From: Candidatus Bathyarchaeum tardum
GTDB taxonomy: Archaea; Thermoproteota; Bathyarchaeia; Bathyarchaeales; Bathyarchaeaceae
Assembly (NCBI GenBank): GCA_024650005.2
Contig: CP122380.1
Span: forward strand, 1,824,001 to 1,888,000
DNA: 64,000 nucleotides
Reading direction: 5' to 3'
Positions 61,203-64,000 of this stretch are shown in pieces (the first letter of the stretch is position 1; every line of letters begins with the position of its first letter). A program made the position numbers and the translations under genes. Below the pieces are notes generated by a model that saw only the letters and a list, made by a program, of their open reading frames with translations, did no database searches and was not told the DNA's origin.

Positions 61203-61403
61203 CTAAAAATTGCCAGAACCAACCAAGGAAACTAAAAAGTCTAGTTTTTCTTGGAAATCACAAGGAATGGAAAGAGTTTCCGCAGTGAAAAAAGCTTGAT
61301 AAAATTTACAGTAGAACATGCCCTCAGATTCAATGAAGTGTTTGCAACTGGTGCATACAGTTTCTGTTTTAGCAAGCTTTTCTAGCATTACCTGTTGAGT
61401 CAT
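61203..61403 (-). CDS. four-Cys microprotein, paralog of 54153-54326
   Basis: MTQQVMLEK...CTSCKH...FYC.F..AF...TL.IPCD. Confidence 0.75.
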   Translation of the reverse strand: MTQQVMLEKLAKTETVCTSCKHFIESEGMFYCKFYQAFFTAETLSIPCDFQEKLDFLVSLVGSGNF

Positions 61404-61619
61404 AGTTTGACGTGAATCCTTTATAGTTAATACAGTTATGAAGTTTGGCTTCATGTTGAAGTATAGGACAAAGGACCAAATCCAATCATGAAAATTCCAA
61501 TCAGAAAACAATAAACCGCAACCGACAACAAACTCCACAACCGAGAGTTTCAATAGCTACCAGTTGATTTTCATGCTCAAAAATATAAGTTAAAATATTT
61601 TCAAGCAGTTAATTAAGAT

Positions 61620-62171
61620 ATGAAAACAGGAGTTTTCGCCAGCTTTTTTCTTCTGGTTATGGTTTTAGTTATTCCATTGGTTCAGGGTTCTGAAGAAATT
61701 GACGCTTCAACTGTTGTCACCGAAGTATTAGGAGATGACAGCTTTGAAACTGAGACAGAAGGCACGATAAAGTTGGCGGACATAGACCCCACTTGTGCAG
61801 ATATTGACAATTCAACGGGTTACATATCAGCTAAGAGTGTTTTAGCTTCTCTTGTTGAAGGAAAAACAGTTTACCTTGACATAGACAACTTGTACGGAAC
61901 AGACTACACGGGAACCGGAAACAGAACTGTTGCTGTTGTATATGTTGATTTAAATTCAACCCATTACCTTAACGTTAATTACCTGTTGCTTGAACACAAA
62001 CTGTTAGCAATAAATAACCAAGAAAATGATTTTAATCCAGATACCTGGACTAGTTTGGTAAAAAAACAAGATATCCCCGAATTTCCAGCAGGAATTTTAA
62101 TCACAGTTTTCACAATAGTTCTAATAACAGCAACAACAGTTTTGAAAAAAATGAATAAAAACGGTTTGTAA
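61620..62171 (+). CDS. secreted thermonuclease (SNase)-like protein with PEF-CTERM-like signal
   Basis: IKLADID, GKTVYLDID, RTVAVVY, VNYLLL; IPEF + transmembrane segment + KK. Confidence 0.75.
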   Translation: MKTGVFASFFLLVMVLVIPLVQGSEEIDASTVVTEVLGDDSFETETEGTIKLADIDPTCADIDNSTGYISAKSVLASLVEGKTVYLDIDNLYGTDYTGTGNRTVAVVYVDLNSTHYLNVNYLLLEHKLLAINNQENDFNPDTWTSLVKKQDIPEFPAGILITVFTIVLITATTVLKKMNKNGL

Positions 62172-62259
62172 GTCCATCTGTGTTTTTTAGGGCATAATTA
62201 AAAATTATAAGGATAAAACAAATGATGTGATGAACAAAAATGTTCATTAAATCTTTTGA

Positions 62260-63201
62260 CTAGGTGGTTTTATTTTTTTGTAAAGCGCCCTTTTCAACAA
62301 ACATTGCAAAACCAACTACGAAAGCCAAAATGCCTCCGATTATCAAAAGTAATGGAAATACAATGTAAACAATTTCGATTGGAAGCAACACGTAATGAAG
62401 AAACAGCCCCCATGCACCAAACATCGTCCCGATTGTTCCAAAGAACAACAGAGGTCTAACGTCAAACATTAGCCTCACAATTACGTTGAAGATTCTAAAG
62501 CCATCTTTTAGTGGACTGAGTTTTGTTTCTCCGACCCGTGGCCTGTAACTTATTGGAAGCTCAAGCATTCTAGAGTTAACCGAACGTGCCTTTGCCAACA
62601 TTTCCAAAGCAAAGGGCATACCCACAGCCATCAAATTAACTTCATCTAGCAACTCTGCTTTGAAAGCCCTCATTCCACTTTGTGTGTCACTGATTCCAAT
62701 ACCCAAAGACATGTTGGCAAGGGTTGAAATTGCCTTGTTGCCAATTTGGTTAACAGCAGGCATTGCACCCTCTTGCATTCCTGCAAATCTGTTGCCTATT
62801 ACTAGCTCAGCGTCACCGTCCATGATAGGACGAACTAGTTTAGGTATGTCTTTAGGGTCATAAGTCAGGTCAGCATCAAGCATTACAAGAATTTCAGAGT
62901 TAAGTTTGTTTTTGGCATAAAGAAAACCAGTTTTTAAAGCGTCTCCATAACCTTTCCCGGGCTGGTAAAGGACTATAGCACCATGTTTTTTTGCGATCTT
63001 ATCTGTACCATCAGTAGAATGACCGTCAACAACAACCAAGTCAAAGTCGTAATCTGTCATGACATTTTTTACTTCATCGAGTATTTTTCCAACTGCTTCA
63101 CATTCATTCAATGCAGGAAACACGATGGCAATCTTTGCAACAGATTTTAGTGTGATATTTTTGTCCTCCATGAAATAACGAACCAGATAATCGTAATTCA
63201 T
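62260..63201 (-). CDS. GT2 glycosyltransferase, DPM1/AglJ-like
   Basis: PALNE, VDGHSTD, GKGYG, LDADLTY, DTQSG, YRPRVGETKL. Confidence 0.92.
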   Translation of the reverse strand: MNYDYLVRYFMEDKNITLKSVAKIAIVFPALNECEAVGKILDEVKNVMTDYDFDLVVVDGHSTDGTDKIAKKHGAIVLYQPGKGYGDALKTGFLYAKNKLNSEILVMLDADLTYDPKDIPKLVRPIMDGDAELVIGNRFAGMQEGAMPAVNQIGNKAISTLANMSLGIGISDTQSGMRAFKAELLDEVNLMAVGMPFALEMLAKARSVNSRMLELPISYRPRVGETKLSPLKDGFRIFNVIVRLMFDVRPLLFFGTIGTMFGAWGLFLHYVLLPIEIVYIVFPLLLIIGGILAFVVGFAMFVEKGALQKNKTT

Positions 63202-63697
63202 CCTCTATACGTTTACTCATAATATAAAACCGTTACAGTTGAAAAACGCAAAATTAGATTAAAAATAGAAAAATCGATAACACGTGAACCGGAAAAACGG
63301 GAACTAAACCTCATTAGTTCATTCATCTCTGTTTCTTTGTTTAATGGAGAACTAAATTGAATTTTAAAACTTAATTATATTTTTGTCAAATTTTCTTGAG
63401 TAAGACCTTTTTTGGGTTGGAAAATTTTTGTCAAATATTTTTGAGAAAAACGTTTTTTATTTTAAAAAACTTTCAATGGGCAATATTAGATCAGAAACAA
63501 AAAAGGAAAAAAATAAAGAAATGGGGCTGAAAGGGTTCAAGTACAAAATGAAAATTACCCGTGATAGTAGCATGGTTTTTTCATTTTTTCATTCCTTCAA
63601 TTTAATTGTACTTAAACCTCAGCAAACCCGTTTCTTCAATCCATACTACTTTATGCATTCAACAATAAAAACATCAACCTATTACTGAGGTTGTTAA

Positions 63698-64000
63698 TTG
63701 ATTAAAAAACATAAAGGAGCCATAATTGGTTTCATCACATTACTGCTGATTGCCTCAGGGACAGTCGCAACAATTTTATTTATTGATTCAGGAAAAGATA
63801 AAACAGAAAACGGTAAACTGTATTCGTTTCCGTTTTCAGTAGGAAACGAAACTTACACCGTAAATGTGCTAAGTAATTATTCTTCGTCCCCTGAAGTCAG
63901 TTATTTGAAAGAGGAAAAAATTGTTTCTTTTGCGTTCATAGGTGAACCAGAAAATTCCTTTTGTAACATAACAGTTCCAACGGGTTTAATCGGGGGAGAA
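63698..64000 (+). CDS. membrane-anchored surface protein, truncated by window end
   Basis: TTG after GAGGT; MIKKHKGAIIGFITLLLIASG...FCNITVPTGLIGG open to the end. Confidence 0.7.
   Translation, partial: MIKKHKGAIIGFITLLLIASGTVATILFIDSGKDKTENGKLYSFPFSVGNETYTVNVLSNYSSSPEVSYLKEEKIVSFAFIGEPENSFCNITVPTGLIGGE

Noticed and set aside
1-64000. Selenocysteine or pyrrolysine readthrough, inteins, tRNAs
   Set aside because: Recognised proteins are full length at their stops, RtcB has no insertion, and no tRNA T-loop in a cloverleaf context was seen by eye

Overview
An AT-rich archaeal chromosomal segment, most consistent with Bathyarchaeia/TACK. This assignment is an inference from TBP, aCPSF1, proteasome beta, EgsA, a crenarchaeal-type SSB, a Cren7-like zinc-finger protein, CdvA-like and SepF genes, and IPEF-type C-terminal sorting signals. 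About 70 CDSs were found, with no rRNA, tRNA, CRISPR array or transposase. Main blocks: housekeeping genes (ppa, proBA, ogg, rtcB, ssb); a PadR-led MacB/LolD-type ABC exporter with two ATPases; a 10-kb cluster holding the whole pentose-bisphosphate route (AMP phosphorylase, R15P isomerase, form III RuBisCO) interleaved with serine/cysteine-type enzymes and a HAD phosphatase; a slyD-cdvA-egsA-psmB-aCPSF1-sepF block; and a redox/metal and signalling region rich in Cys microproteins. The best leads are an unexplained structured ~145-220 nt RNA candidate at 14.07-14.29 kb, the RuBisCO-serine/cysteine coupling, an apparent non-canonical GTA start codon for TBP, and several small genes missed by the ORF track. 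All calls come from reading motifs by eye; no searches were run.
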